Positions 1 to 14,360 of a DNA stretch of 64,000 nt are shown piece after piece (position 1 is the stretch's first letter; each line of letters starts with the position of its first letter). The notes beneath the pieces were generated by a model. It saw only the letters and a list, made by a program, of their open reading frames with translations, did not search any database and was not told the origin of the DNA. Origin of the DNA: the human T2T-CHM13v2.0 reference genome, Homo sapiens; assembly GCF_009914755.1 (NCBI RefSeq), contig NC_060928.1; one strand, 5' to 3'. A program made the position numbers and the translations under genes.

Positions 1-2961
1 AGAGCCTGTGCAATATTTAGGCATTTAGAGATCACTTAGCCTGAGCCATTCGTTTTACAGACAAGGCCTAAAGAGTAGCTGCAATAGCTTCTCTTCCTGA
101 TGGCAACCTTTAACTGCCTTTCCTCCTATTTAGTTCCAATGCTGAATTTAATAACCCCATACCCAAAAGTATGGTAAATTTTAGGTGACGTATATTTCAC
201 AACACAAGAAAATCCAAAAGTGAAGCTCGTGTTCTAAAAGAAGCAAACATTTAGGGAGCCCTATGGGTCAGTGCCATGTCAGAGGCTTTGCATGCAGGTC
301 TCACAGGGGTCCCACGTCAGCAAGCAGCTGCTCTCATCCCCCGTTACGCAGAAGAGCTCTTATGCTCCAGTGCCTTCCAGCTTTCCACCCGGTCCCTGCT
401 GAGGGGCTGGCCTCTGTCTCACATCTTCCTGGTGGCAGAGCTGGGATGAGATGGCTCCAGCCCAGACAGAGCCCTTTCTTCCACTGAGAGCATTAGCCCC
501 AGACCAGGCTCTCTATCAATTAAAGGCAAAAGAACAAATGGACAAACTGTGCCACAGGTGCATTCCTTAAACAAGGAAAGTAAGAATGTGGACTCCACTG
601 GTCCCAGCCTGGAGTCTCTGGGCCTGTTTCTCAGCCACTGTTCTCCAGTAACTTCACACAAACCTGAGTGATCGCGGTGGGCTGGCCATGAGCATGCAGA
701 AGACAGATCTCTCCACTCCTCGGACTGGGCATGTTTCCCCAAAACACCCCGTGCTGGGAGCCACAGAGACCCAGAGAAGCCCTCAGCCTCAGCTGACGAC
801 GATCCCAGCTATGAAGATGAGCTGACGTTGCCGAGCACAAGAATTGTTTCCACGCAGAAACACATGAAAACCAACAGAAAAAGAAAATTCCCCTCCTCAG
901 AGAACCCTCGTGCTGGCTCAGTATCCTGAGGAGGCAGGAATCGGAACAGCCACTCCCAAGAAGAAAAATGAGGAACAGAGATGTTGAGAAACTTGCCAAA
1001 GTTGCCAACTGAGACAGCACAGAGGAGAGAAAACAAAACTGTACTTCTGATTCCAGGGCCTGTGCACTGCACACAGCAGCCCTGCTTCCCTGCTGTTCTG
1101 GTCTCTGACAACATTTCAAGATCCGCTTTCCATTTTATGCTTAGCTTTCTTTGTGCTCCAAAGCCAAGCTTTCTCTTCCTTTCATACGGGTTCAGATGCT
1201 CTTCACTCCTAATGACTCTCCATAAATATCACTGTCTTCTTTTCCTTTCCCCTCCAAATACAAACAAAGATACGCAACCAAGCATGCTTTGGGGGCTGGG
1301 ATTCCAGCACAGCCCCAGTCGCAGGTGCAGGAGGGGCTGGAAGTCAGATCCTGGGGTAAGGCTCCCGGGTAAGACCTTGCACCGCCCATGAATGTGACCG
1401 GGATGCTAACTTCCTTTAAGTACCCAGTTTTCAGCTTCGGGGAAATAGCTGCAGATAAGAAAAGATACACATGCTCCGAACTTATGTTTTCAGCTGACAC
1501 AAATGCGAGTTAAAGAGCGTCGTGTCTAGATTAAGTTCCACAGCATCTGAAGTCGTCAGGAAGATGCGCCCTATTAGGACACTGACAGTTTCAAAAAGGG
1601 GCCTTCAGTACCTTAGCTTAGGAGCAGAGAACCCTGAACCTCCCCCTGAGGGGAGCAGTTCTCTCTGTGACCCCAGAATCGGTGGCTCCAAGTGCTTTGT
1701 TGGATGCACTGCGCCCCGTGTCCTCTGTTTCCTTGGTTTGACCACCATTGCCACTTCCACGCTGACTTCTTACACAAGGGAGCTGACTGCAGCTGGGCCT
1801 CCAGATCAGTGTTACTATCGAACTATCAACATACGTTGTCATTTCATTTTCCCTTTTGATTAGTTTGAATTTGTTTTTGCTTTTTGTTTATTACTTACTT
1901 CGAATACAATGGAATAAAGAAGTCTGGAGTTGCTTCTCCAGCAACTCCAAACAAATGAAGAAGCTGAAGGTGTTCGTACAGTACCAACAGGCACATGAGT
2001 AATTCACTTAACCTTTCTGGTCTCAGTTTTCCTGAAAGCATCTAGGGTGGGAGGGAAGGGGAGGATTTGGATTAGATGATCTCAAAAGCTCTTCCAGTTC
2101 TAGGGTGACACTGGTTGTAGGTTCACTCTCTATCCAGTCCAGTTTTTAACGCCTCGCTGAGGATATACATATTGTCTAAGCAGGAACACTGCGGGAAGGG
2201 AGAGGATGCATTTTCACCTGAAAGGCTTTTTGCACTCTGACATTCTGCTACACTTTCTGGAAGGCTCTTGTTCAGCAAGTTTGATTTGAATTTCTTTCTA
2301 TTGATCATATTCTCAATTACTTTCACCAGGAGTAAATTATTTTCAAATCGGAATCCTCTTAATCTCAAAGCGATTGTGTCTTTGCTCTGCCCAACAAAAT
2401 GCAAGCCTGGTGTGGTTTCCCGAAGGATTCAAAGCCTTTACTGATGGCTGCTGGTCAGCAGGCGATCTCCACTCTCTCATTATAGCCAGTGAGTCCTTCA
2501 GATGTTTTCTTCTCGAGTCTACTCTCCAGCCCCTCTTACCCATCCTCCCCCACCCCATTATTCTACTGTGGTTTTCTTCTACTAAACCATCAACCACCTA
2601 ATAAAATTCTGATGCCACAGATCAGGCAAGGGGTCACTTTGTAATGCACCTTTAAACATGACATGTCTCTCCGCCAGAGCTTCCCAAAGTGGCACTTTGA
2701 AATGTCCCTCCCTAGTATGAAAGTTTCACAAATCACACTAGAATTTTATGTTGTCTTAAAACATCCAACGCAAGTACTATCTCTTCTCTTTCTCATCATA
2801 ATATTTAGACCACAGAGGAGAAGACAGACTTGCAAAACTGAATGTGGTTTTGTAATATACTACTGGGATTATGATTCAACGATCAGTAGGGGGAAAAACT
2901 AGCAAACAGCAGCCTCCAAATACCAGTTTCCCAAACAGATGAATAAAGGTGGTCAGAGCAT

Positions 2962-3290
<329 letters not shown>

Positions 3291-4259
3291 TCAGATGAAC
3301 AGCCCAAACAAAGGAACTCCATCATGAAAAACAGGCAAATGGCCGACTCTACTGGAGAACATAAAGCAAGAAAGGTGAATACACGCAGAAAGCTGCCTTT
3401 CCTGACAGCATGTTATACAATTTCTGACGGAGGAACTAAAATTAGCTACAGTCAGTAGCAGGGAAATGTTTTACATCACTGTGAGCTCTAGAACATCAGC
3501 AGCGATGGAACATTTTGCCTCCAACCAGTAAGCCTCCCTCCACGAGGTTCTGGAGAATCCAGACAATGAAAACAACGGAAAGAACCAAAGGCCAGGCTGA
3601 AAAGCCAGGCTCCAGCAAAACCTCCTGTTGACTGCCATCCTGGCACTGAAATCCTTCCTTTCAAACCTATGCAAATGTCCTGAAGAGAGTAATGAAATGT
3701 TCATTTCTCTCTGCATGGATCTGCTGTTCTCCGGAATCTTTTGCTTGAGCAAATGCCACTGCTGGCAGAACAGCAAGAAGAGGTCTTTCCAGAATCCCCA
3801 AGAAGACCTCAGAAAAGTCTTACTCAACAGATAAACATAGAAGTCTATTCTAAAGCTCCAACCCCCTAAAAAAAGAAGAGAGAAAGAAAACCACATGGAG
3901 TGTAACGATGCCTGCAGCAGCAGGCTATAGAAGAAAGTCATGGGTTTTTAGCCATAACTATGTAAATATAAGCAAAGTGGCTGAGTGTTTCACGCTTCGG
4001 TTAGCTCTACTGTAAAATTTAGGCATAAACATTCTGCTCTGCCTCCTTTGGTGGGTCCTTGTGAAAATCAAATGAGATCACGGGATGTGGCTGTGTTCTG
4101 AACGGCAGAGCCCGTGCGCTGTCCAGGGCAGCGACACAGGGCGGGCGTTAAGGACCGGCCTTTGGCATCAACGGCTCATGGGTTCTAGCTGTGCTCCCAA
4201 TCGTTCCTCCCTCAGACACGCTGCTCTACCCACGCCAGCCGCAGATCCATATATATATA

Positions 4260-4566
4260 TTTTTTTTTCTTTTTTTTTTTTTTTAAGACAGGATCTCGCT
4301 CTGTCACCCAGGCTGGAGTGCAATGGTGCAACCAGGGCTCAATGAAGCCTTGAACTCCTGGGCTCAAGGGGATGCTCCTGCCTCAGCCTTCCAAGTGGCT
4401 GGGACTACGGGCACATGCCACCACACCCGGTTAACTTTTTTTATTTTTTGTAGAAGTGTGGTCTCACTATGTTGCCCAGGCTGGTCTCCAATTTCCGGGC
4501 TCAAGTGATCCTCCCACTTCAGCCTTCCAGTGCAGGGATTACAGACGTGAGCCACCACACCCAGCC
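4260..4566 (-). mobile_element. Alu (AluJ-like)
   Basis: Poly-T followed by a diverged reverse-complement Alu dimer. Confidence 0.9.
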
Positions 4567-4654
4567 AGATTCCTCACTTTTAAAAACGGGATGATGACGA
4601 TACCCAGGCTGACAGGGTTACTCTAATTATAATTAAACAAGTCAACTGTATCAT

Positions 4655-4801
4655 ACCAGGCATGGCAGCTCATGCCCGTAATCCCAGCACTTTGGGAGGC
4701 TGAGGCGAGCAGATCACTTGAGCCCAGGAGTTCTAGACCAACCTGGGCAGCAAGGCAGAACCCTATTTCTATTAACAACAACAACAAACAACAACAACAA
4801 C
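4655..4801 (+). mobile_element. Alu left monomer (FLAM-like) with (CAA)n tail
   Basis: Left-arm sequence only; TSD agtcaactgta at 4640-4650 and 4802-4812. Confidence 0.85.
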
Positions 4802-5047
4802 AGTCAACTGTACCCAAGCACTGAGCATGGTTCCCAGGGCACAATAAATTTGCAAAACATAGTAGTTCTTGTGACTGCACTCTGGCAAGGACCAAACAGG
4901 GACTGGCACGTGTAAGAGTCCAAAACGCATTTGCTGAATAAAGCACCGATGACAAGCTTATCCTGTTTGACAGATTATAATCTTCCTGTGGCCAAGGTCT
5001 ATTCTCACATTCCACTTACGCTCCTAGCATAAATGCACACTAGGACC

Positions 5048-5372
5048 TATGCTAAGTGAAATAAGCCAGTCACAAAACAACAAGCACTATGATTCCACTC
5101 ATAGGAGGTACCTAGAATAGCCAAATTCACTGAGATAGAAAATAGGCAGGAGGTTGCCAGGGGCTGGGGTGGAGGAGGGAAAAGAGGACTTAGTGTTTAA
5201 TGCAGACAGAGTTTCAGTTTCGCAAGATGAAAAACGTTCTGGAGGTGGATGCTGGTGATGGCTGCGACAACATTAATGCACTGAATGCTACTAAACTGTG
5301 CACCTAAAAATGGCTAAAATGGTAAATTTTATGTTAATGTATTTTACCACAATTTTTAAAAGTGAAAAAAAA
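5048..5372 (+). mobile_element. L1 (L1MB-like) 3' end
   Basis: atgctaagtgaaataagccagtcacaaaa...aaaatggtaaattttatgtta...ttttaccacaat plus an A-rich tail. Confidence 0.85.
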
Positions 5373-6158
5373 AAGAAAGTTGGCATTCAGGGAAAATGAG
5401 ATTAGACTTAGTGGCTGATAATTCACAAACAACAGTCCTTTGAGTCAACTCTAATTCCAACGCTGGTCGGAGCCAGTGTTGGGGGTGGCACCTACTGGAG
5501 GACATCCCATTTGGCAGCGTGTAAAGAGCACAGGGAAGAATCCCTGAACTATTTGCTAGAGCTGAACTGCAGTTTCCCAGGATGGGGACTCTGCTTTTTA
5601 TTTTTAATATCTGCAAGCAGTAACACTGACTCAGAATTTATATTTCCTAATTACAATTGATTTCCACAAAATTCAATGGAGATCATCAGGAAGAGAGGAG
5701 AAGATGAAGTAATGTTGGCGAACGAGAGGAGCCATCCTTTTACTCTGGAAGAATGGAAGAACCAACTGGATCTGTTCCTCCCCCTGTGACTCTGCCTGGG
5801 CCAACTCCTGTCATTATGTAGCCAAGTCCCTGGAGAATTGGAAATGGCTCAGTCATCTGGCCTAATTAGAACCTGTACTAGATATAAAAAGAAAGAGAAA
5901 ATATGTGGAAAGGACAAGTACGCTTGGTGGATGGAATGGATCTAGCAATGAGCTTGGGGTCTGAAGGCTGAGGTCAAGTCCTGGCCCAAACACTTGCTGA
6001 CTGTACGACCCTGCGCAAGCCCCTTCCCTTTCAGAAATGAAGGAACAGGAAGAGATCATCTCTAAGGTCCTATCCAGCCTGCTCAAACTGAGAATCCATT
6101 AAAACACTCTGCCAAATTTCTAATAACTTGGGCTAATAAATTAGACTCTGATGAACTA

Positions 6159-6521
<363 letters not shown>

Positions 6522-6748
6522 ATGTCATGGCCAACTGAGTAAAGAAATGCTGTGATCCTGTCCTCTACCTGAGAACAAAAGTGTCCAAGAAGATGTTGAT
6601 CAAGATAATTAAAGTATGAAAAACTCCAGGGAGAATAACTCCTAGGACAGAGGAGGGATGCTCCGTGGGGTGGTGAGATGGGTGACCCTAGACCAAAGGA
6701 CTGCGCGGCCGGTTCCCACGCCTCCCGGAGCCTCCCGCTGACGCTTAC

Positions 6749-6913
6749 CTGCATAGGAAGACACGGGGGAGATCTGCAGAGGGTAGAGCTCGCTCATGCT
6801 GACCGGCTGCTCGTCGCTCTCAGTGGTCACCTCTACAACTTGGCAAATGTCTGGCGGATTGGTGACAATCTCTTGATTCTCAATGTTGCTGTCCAGATGG
6901 GACTGTCCTACAA
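6749..6913 (-). CDS. IRF2: IRF2 exon 7 ([55 protein letters not shown]-)
   Basis: Contained in ORF 6642..6941. Acceptor ttctttgaag|, donor CAG|GTAAGC; 165 nt. Confidence 0.96.
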
Positions 6914-7689
6914 CTTCAAAGAAAAGACAGCCATCATGCAAAGTCTGCTGACCTCACAATTCTAGCACACTTTCTCAAGAAAGAGTCTTCCCCAAAAGAG
7001 CCAGGTCGCCAGGCTCCCATCACCATCTGTCCCCTGCCATGGGGCTGAAGAACACGCCTGAGCTCTGTAGCTCTGGTGTGATGTCTCCCAGGGAGCAGCC
7101 GGCCAGCACTTGGCTCCCCAGGTCTATCTCCAGCATGCCTGCCAATGGCACGCACGGTGGCCATGTCCTTTCCAGCTCAGCAGAATTCCACAGTCAACCC
7201 CGTCACAGCCGAGGCCACAGGACCAGAGGCGGCATCCAGCCCCAGCCCCAGGGCCAGACATGACAGTACTTTGAACCTGACCGATTTCTGCTCCCTGCTC
7301 TTGCTCCAAAAGAAGACGCTGTGCTTATTTTCTGGGTTCTACAATCCAGGGAGACATTATCAAACCTTACTAAAGAGGAAGGGCCATGAAAATCTACCCA
7401 ATTGTGTCACATCTAGCTGTGTGAATGTTTGTGTTCAGGTTTTGTATGAACATAAGTTTCCATTTCTCTGGGATAAATGCCCAAGGTCCCCATCTAGCTG
7501 GGTGGCGCTCTGCTTACGCTCCCAGCTCTCTTCCTGCTCTACAGGCAACATGTCCAACTGGCTGAAATATCAGCACAATGGAATAGAGTCAGATCTCCAA
7601 TTCTGGCAAACATTAGTAGCATCAGCTCCCCGGAACACTGATAAGATGGATTCTGACCACCCTGGCTCTGAAAACTGCCTCAAATATTT

Positions 7690-8640
7690 TTCTTATATTG
7701 TTTATTTTGAGATCATTGTAAACTCACATACAGTTGTAAGAAATAATACAGAGAGATCCTGTGTGCCTTTTACTCAACTTCTTCCAATGGTTATAGGCTA
7801 CAAAGCTAGAATACAATATCGCAACCAGAGTATTGACATAAATAACAATCCACCCATCTTGTTCCGATTTCCTCAGTTTTACTTGCACTCTTTTGTGTGA
7901 GTGTGTACCTGCACCAGGACTAAGTGCAATTTTATCACACATAAAGGTTCATGTACCTACCACCACTGTCAAAACACCAAACAGTTCCATCACGACCAAT
8001 CTCTCTCACGTTACTCTTTGTAACCATAGCCACCTTCCTTCAGTACCTCCCCATCCATCTCTTTGTCCATGACCCCTGGGCAACTATTAATCTGTTCCCC
8101 ATTTCATTAATTTGTTCATTTCAAGGATGTTATATTAATGGACTCATACAGTAGACTTTTGGGGCTGGCTTTTTTTTTACTCAGCATAATTCACTGCAGA
8201 GTCACCCAAGTTGTTGTGTGTATCAGTCATCGGTTCCTTTTCAATTGCCGAGTAGTATTCCACGGTATAGGTGTACCAGTGTGTTTATTCTCCCCTCTGA
8301 AGGATGTCTGAGTTGCTACAAGCCTTTGACTATTACAAATAATGCTGCTATGGATGTTTGTGTTCAGGTTTTGTATGAATATAAGTTTCCATTTCTCTGG
8401 GATAAATGCCCAAGAATGCAATTGCTGAGTCATATGGTAATTTCATGTTTAATTTTACAAGAAAATTGCCAAACTGCTTCCCGGAGTGACCGTGCCATTT
8501 TACATTCCCACCAGCAGTGTCTGAGTGATCAAATTTCTCCACAGCCTCGGCAGCATTTCGTGTCATCACTGTTTATTTATTTTGGCCATTCTCATAGGTA
8601 AGTCATGATGTTTCATGGCCATTTTAATTTGAAGGTCCCT
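7690..8640 (-). mobile_element. Old L1 (L1M) 3' region
   Basis: Reverse-strand L1 motifs: ccattttacattcccaccagcagtg, tgggataaatgcccaagaatgcaattgctgagtcatatgg, ttttactcagcataat. Confidence 0.8.
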
Positions 8641-8819
8641 AAGGTCCTGCCCTCATTTTGAATGAAACTGACCTCATACCACTGTTAGTTGGATGAAATG
8701 TCCCTGAAAATTAGCTTCAATAAATAAAGGTGAAGAAATAATTCCCAAGGTCCTCAAAGCACTTTGCCACCATCATCAACGTTTTACTCATACCTGTATC
8801 TGTTATTTTAACATTTTAA

Positions 8820-8915
8820 CCCATAAGGATGACAGAGAAAGCATCGTTATCCTGTTATAGATGAAGAAACTCAGGCACAGAGAGGGAGAGTGACTTGTCC
8901 AGACTCGCACAGCTT
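8820..8915 (+). mobile_element. MIR core
   Basis: atagatgaagaaactcaggcacagagagggagagtgacttgtcc. Confidence 0.7.
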
Positions 8916-10599
8916 GGAGTATATGTGGTGCTCTATGTTGCAGTCATTTTCTCACCAATCGGCAAAGTATTCAGGTTAGAACGCATTCCAGTCTCCTTGA
9001 GACGCCAGGCGTCATGGAGAGGCTCGTTTTAATCACTCCAAGTATTTTATTTTCTGAAGTATTTTTGTTTATAAACAGGTTCCTGTTTTAATTGCTGTCT
9101 GTGGAGTGACAAGCACATTATCTGATTTCTACGCAGGGAAGGTTTTAGAGGGCAGTGGCAATTCATAGGTTCTTTAATAAAGAAAGGAAAGGCACAAAAG
9201 AGGCTCAGAAAGGGGATTTGGGGCTGTGATACAAGAGTCCAAAAGCCACAGCATACAGAATGGAAGGGAAACCGGATCCTGTTTAGGTTTTCCTGGTGGG
9301 GATAAAATTAAAGAAAAGGCAGGCAGGCTATATATGGCAGGCAGACTCCCAAGCCCATTTATTTCATCCTTTGGATTATCCTACGTGAGGGTGAGGACAT
9401 CAATTATGCAGGTCACTAGACACAGACTGACGCTGACCTACACCAACCTCTCTCTAGTTTCCTCTGCCTCTTCCAGCCAAGTAAAATAAAATGGCAGGAA
9501 AACAAGATAATGGCCTGCCCTATCCTAAGTCCTAAGAAGCAGCTGGTGGGTGGAGGTAGAAACCAAATGGGGTGTGAGAGTTTGAGGAGGGAGGGCGCAG
9601 CGATACCTTGCATACTAAGGCAGTGAAGGTCTTAGATAAATGTGACTTAAGTCGAAGCCATTTTAACTTCCAATATTTCAAAACTCATCTCTCCTTTGCA
9701 CGTTGCTCCTAACAGAAAGAGGGCAAGCCAGCTGGGACTACAAACAATGGCAGCAGCTCAAGTATCCCCCTAGTCAGATCCCTTTGTTCCAACCAGGAAT
9801 TCTTTCTCTCACTGCTTCTCCCCATGACGTCCTAGTCGGTTATTCAACTAACAGAGATTTATGGAACACCTGCTTGCACCTCCCAGCCTCCCAGGGCTAG
9901 AAGGAGCAGCGGAAGATCGATGCAGTCAAGGATCCGGTTTGTAAGAAGTTCATATACATGGCTATAGGCCAGCGACTAACCATCTAGAGAGTCAGTTTAA
10001 GGCCGTGAGCACTGAAAAGAAAGAAAAGAAAAAGAAGGGGGCCATACAATGGAAGCTAGAGAAGTGGGGTGTTTTTTCCAGTTTGAGGAATCAAAGGCTT
10101 CAATGAGGTAGTGGCACAGGAGTGGGGGTTGAGCAACAGGCAGCATTCACCATGCCCCTGACTTCTGGAGCCCCTTCCTGACCCGCCAGCACAGACTGGC
10201 CTCTCTCCCCTGGGTGCCTCTCACTCACTGTCCCCGTCACTCGGCCGAAACTACGATGGGCCGCGACCTTGTGACACTTCTGACCTCAAGTTGCTGGTTA
10301 ACGCTATATACCCGTATGGAGCTTTGAGTTGGTCAATGGCATCTCTCCTCAACCAAAGTATGAACTTTTTGTGTCCAGTCATGACACATGCTCACAACTC
10401 CCACCGGAGAGGCGCTCAGGGACTCTCCCCTGAATAAATGGACATGTGATGGGGCCGAGGCTCACTGACTGGAGCCAGAGTGGAGTCCTGCAGGGGATTG
10501 TGACAATCTGCAAATACGGGACGTGACAATTAATGTTTTCTAGAAAAATGTCAAGACTTCTGACAAGTGGACTCTTGAAACCTTTGGGAAGTGATAAAG

Positions 10600-10780
10600 A
10601 CAGCCGGCTGTGGGTGCGAGGGCTGGGGCCAGGGAGGAAACGTGTTGGGGTGATGAAAATGTTCTGTCTTGACTATGGTGGTAGTTACATCACTGAGTGC
10701 GTCTGTCAACATTTATAGGACCGTGTGCCTTAAAAGGGGTGAATTTTACCGTATTTCACTTAATATACATGACTTGGGGA
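10600..10780 (+). mobile_element. Old L1 3'-end fragment
   Basis: ggtgatgaaaatgttctgtcttgactatggtggtagttaca...gaatttta. Confidence 0.65.
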
Positions 10781-11334
10781 AAAAAGTAGATAAGCACGTC
10801 CATGCAGATTTTAGGTGTATCCTGAATGCGGCTGACCAGGAGAGAAAAGTCAGTCTGTTTTCTGGGCTATGATCTGGATACCAAGTTAATATAATTACGT
10901 TATCTCTCAGGCCAAATTCCCCCATAGGAGTGTGTTGCTTTATGCCCTGGTAAGGGACAATGGCTTCTCTCCATCCAGACATCGTGGGTACTTTAGAAAC
11001 TTTCCAGCTCTCGAGTGAAAGCCCATGAGAGAAGCAGGGAAATCCCAATATCGAAATGCTCTCAGATGAGCATCAACACTCTCACTAACCAGTCTCTATC
11101 TGTTTCTCTCTCTCTCTCTCGACATGTGAACTGATTTCCCTGGACCACCAAGCGGCAAAACAGACAGCAACACTGACTCCTGACAGGTGAAAAGACAGGA
11201 ATAACAAACTTACCTGCTACAGTAAACAGTCAGAAGTGGCACTCCTCTGGGTACCAAAGAGTGTCCTGACTGAATAATGACAAAACCTGTCTTTCTGAGC
11301 ACTGATCTTTGCCTCTCCCTACCACCTCCCAAGA

Positions 11335-11500
11335 CCTCACAACCCATGAGGAAGGCACAATAGTGATCCCCATTCTAGACATGCTGAAACAACCATACAA
11401 GACAGAACTACATGACTAATTCAAGGTCAGACAGACAATCAGCAGCAGAACCGGGATTCAATGTTAGCCTTACCCAACTCCAAATTTCAACTCTTTATAA
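11335..11500 (+). mobile_element. MIR fragment
   Basis: cctcacaacccatgaggaagg...atccccattctagaca...gcagaaccgggattcaa. Confidence 0.55.
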
Positions 11501-11934
11501 TATGCTCTCCCTAACAGAGAGAGTTAATGAAGTCCAAACTGAGTTACTGAGGGCTTTCTTAGCCCCTCTCAGGATAAAAACTTTTGAATCTCACCTTAGT
11601 GAGTCTCCAGGCTCAGAACTAATAGTGACATTTCTTTTCAACAGTTATCTATTGTGTGCCAGGGAAATTCTCAAACAGAAGAACTAGAAATCCACTAAGT
11701 TTCTCCAGTTTATTAAAGTCAGCACATCTGAAAAGAGTCACCCACAGGAATGCAATTTTATCTGAATCTAGTTGCTGAGAATTATAACAATATTATTTAT
11801 GGCTGGTTACTGATGAACCGGTTTGCTTCTTTAAAAGGTCATTCTCACTTTATTAGCAATTGTTGACTTAATGTAGGTCTCCACCTGAGAAAGCAACTTG
11901 CTCCCATGCCTCAGAGAAAGTGCTTAAAAGCAGA

Positions 11935-12050
11935 TTATTAGAAACAGAGGGGTCCTTGGAGGTGGTTTGGTCCTACCATTTTACAGTTGAAAAAAGCTGA
12001 AACCCAGAGCTCAGGTAAATTGCTAAGGTCACCCATGTAGCTGCAGAGTC
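11935..12050 (+). mobile_element. MIR/MIR3 fragment
   Basis: ccattttacagttgaaaaaagctgaaacccagag...aaggtcaccca. Confidence 0.55.
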
Positions 12051-12279
12051 AAGAATGAAACTTACTAGCAGGCATAAAAAATCAGGCCATCAGCAGAGCA
12101 TCATGCAGGGAAATTTCCCCTGACCCCTCTGAAAGTTTCAGGAGTTAAACTTCACACCAGCCTTGATGACATGGCACAGATGGAGGCTACTTTTCTTAAT
12201 CAAATATATTTTAATATGATTTTGGTAATATGATAATCATATCATTTTACCCCCTTCTAGCCCCAGAGTGATTTATCTG

Positions 12280-12520
12280 TACATTTCACTTCATCCTCAC
12301 AATAACTCTGCGAGATGGGCAGGATCAGTACGATTATTTCCATTTTCTATATAATTTTAAATATTTCCATTTTATAAATAATTATATATTGTTTCCAATC
12401 TATATAGAAATTGAATTTCAAAAGATTAAGGAGTTTGCCCAAAATCACATGGTAAATAAAAAACTTCAGAAGCAGGTCTAGAACCCACGCCTTTTGACTT
12501 CTAATCTCGTGCTCTTTCGG
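12280..12520 (+). mobile_element. MIR with internal AT-rich expansion
   Basis: catttcacttcatcctcacaataactctgcgagatggg...ttgcccaaaatcacatgg; about three degenerate copies of tatttccattttata at 12335-12405. Confidence 0.65.
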
Positions 12521-12794
12521 TATAAAATACAGCCATGATTTGGTTTAGGCACTCGAGAGCCATGGTGGGAGAGAAGGTCACCGCGGGGCCGGTGACTCCG
12601 AGACAGGGATCTGTAGGTGCCTGGGCCAGGCTGTCCCTGACTACAGGCTGCATACACCTCACCAGGGTGACAGAGTGCAGGAGGAGGCAAGAGTGGGACA
12701 GGGCAGCGTGCACCTTGCACCCCGTGAGAAAACAGCATCTCAGGCTACTACACGAAGGGAAGCACAGGATGTATCCCAGTAAAAACTCAGTAGA

Positions 12795-13131
<337 letters not shown>

Positions 13132-13918
13132 TCAATGATCTGGGAGCGGAAGTGTGGATGAGACGTGTTGGGCTGGAGCTATACCTCCTGCTGGAACTGC
13201 CACGTGTCCACCCCTCACTGTGCCCTGTGGACAAAGCCTTTGCAGCTGCTCCACCATAAGGAGACCCACCACCAACCTCACTGTCTCTATGAGCAGCCAC
13301 AGGGAGCTTAACTCGTTCAGAGTAATTCAAGTTCAAAGACAGGTATGAAAGCAGTGGGCAGGGCCTAGATCATGCCAGACCCCGGGGACCTGGGGGAACT
13401 CAGCTCCTTCTCTTAGGGGCAGTGGTGACATGATGACACTGGCATTCTTTATTTTGTGAGAAGAAGAAATGGGGAGCAGAATGGAAGCAGAGCCCAGGTG
13501 ACAGCCAAGGCAGGCCCACACACAGTGTCAGAAACAAGGGGATGGACTTGAGAAGTACGGTGAGGGAAGATAGGAGGAGCTGACAGCTAATTATAAACGA
13601 GGCAGCGGCAGCCAGGGAGAGAGGGAAGGAGAAAATAATATATAGCCTCACACAAAGATGACAGCTTTCTTGAGTAAATAAAAACTTCTTAAGGCTGAAA
13701 ACACAGCAGCCCAACTCCACTGCCCAGGTCTCTCGGTTGGCACCTGGTGACTGAGGAGTGGCCCCACAGTCTCACCTCAGTGCCCAGGTGCTCCAGGTCC
13801 AATACAGCCAGAATAAAGTATGTTGTTGTGGGTTCTGTGTCTGGGCATATTGCGATGTAAGGGTTCACATCTCATATGGAGTTTCATCTTGCTAAGAGCA
13901 TTCTAGGGGTGTGGATAA

Positions 13919-14360
<442 letters not shown>

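Noticed and set aside
6678-6965. + strand ORFs overlapping IRF2 exons (also 27246-27458 and 36799-37179)
   Set aside because: Antisense shadows of real coding exons.
7145-7900. Longest ORF (251 aa, + strand)
   Set aside because: Antisense to an IRF2 intron, runs through the templated insertion and reverse-strand L1 sequence, and has no recognisable domain.
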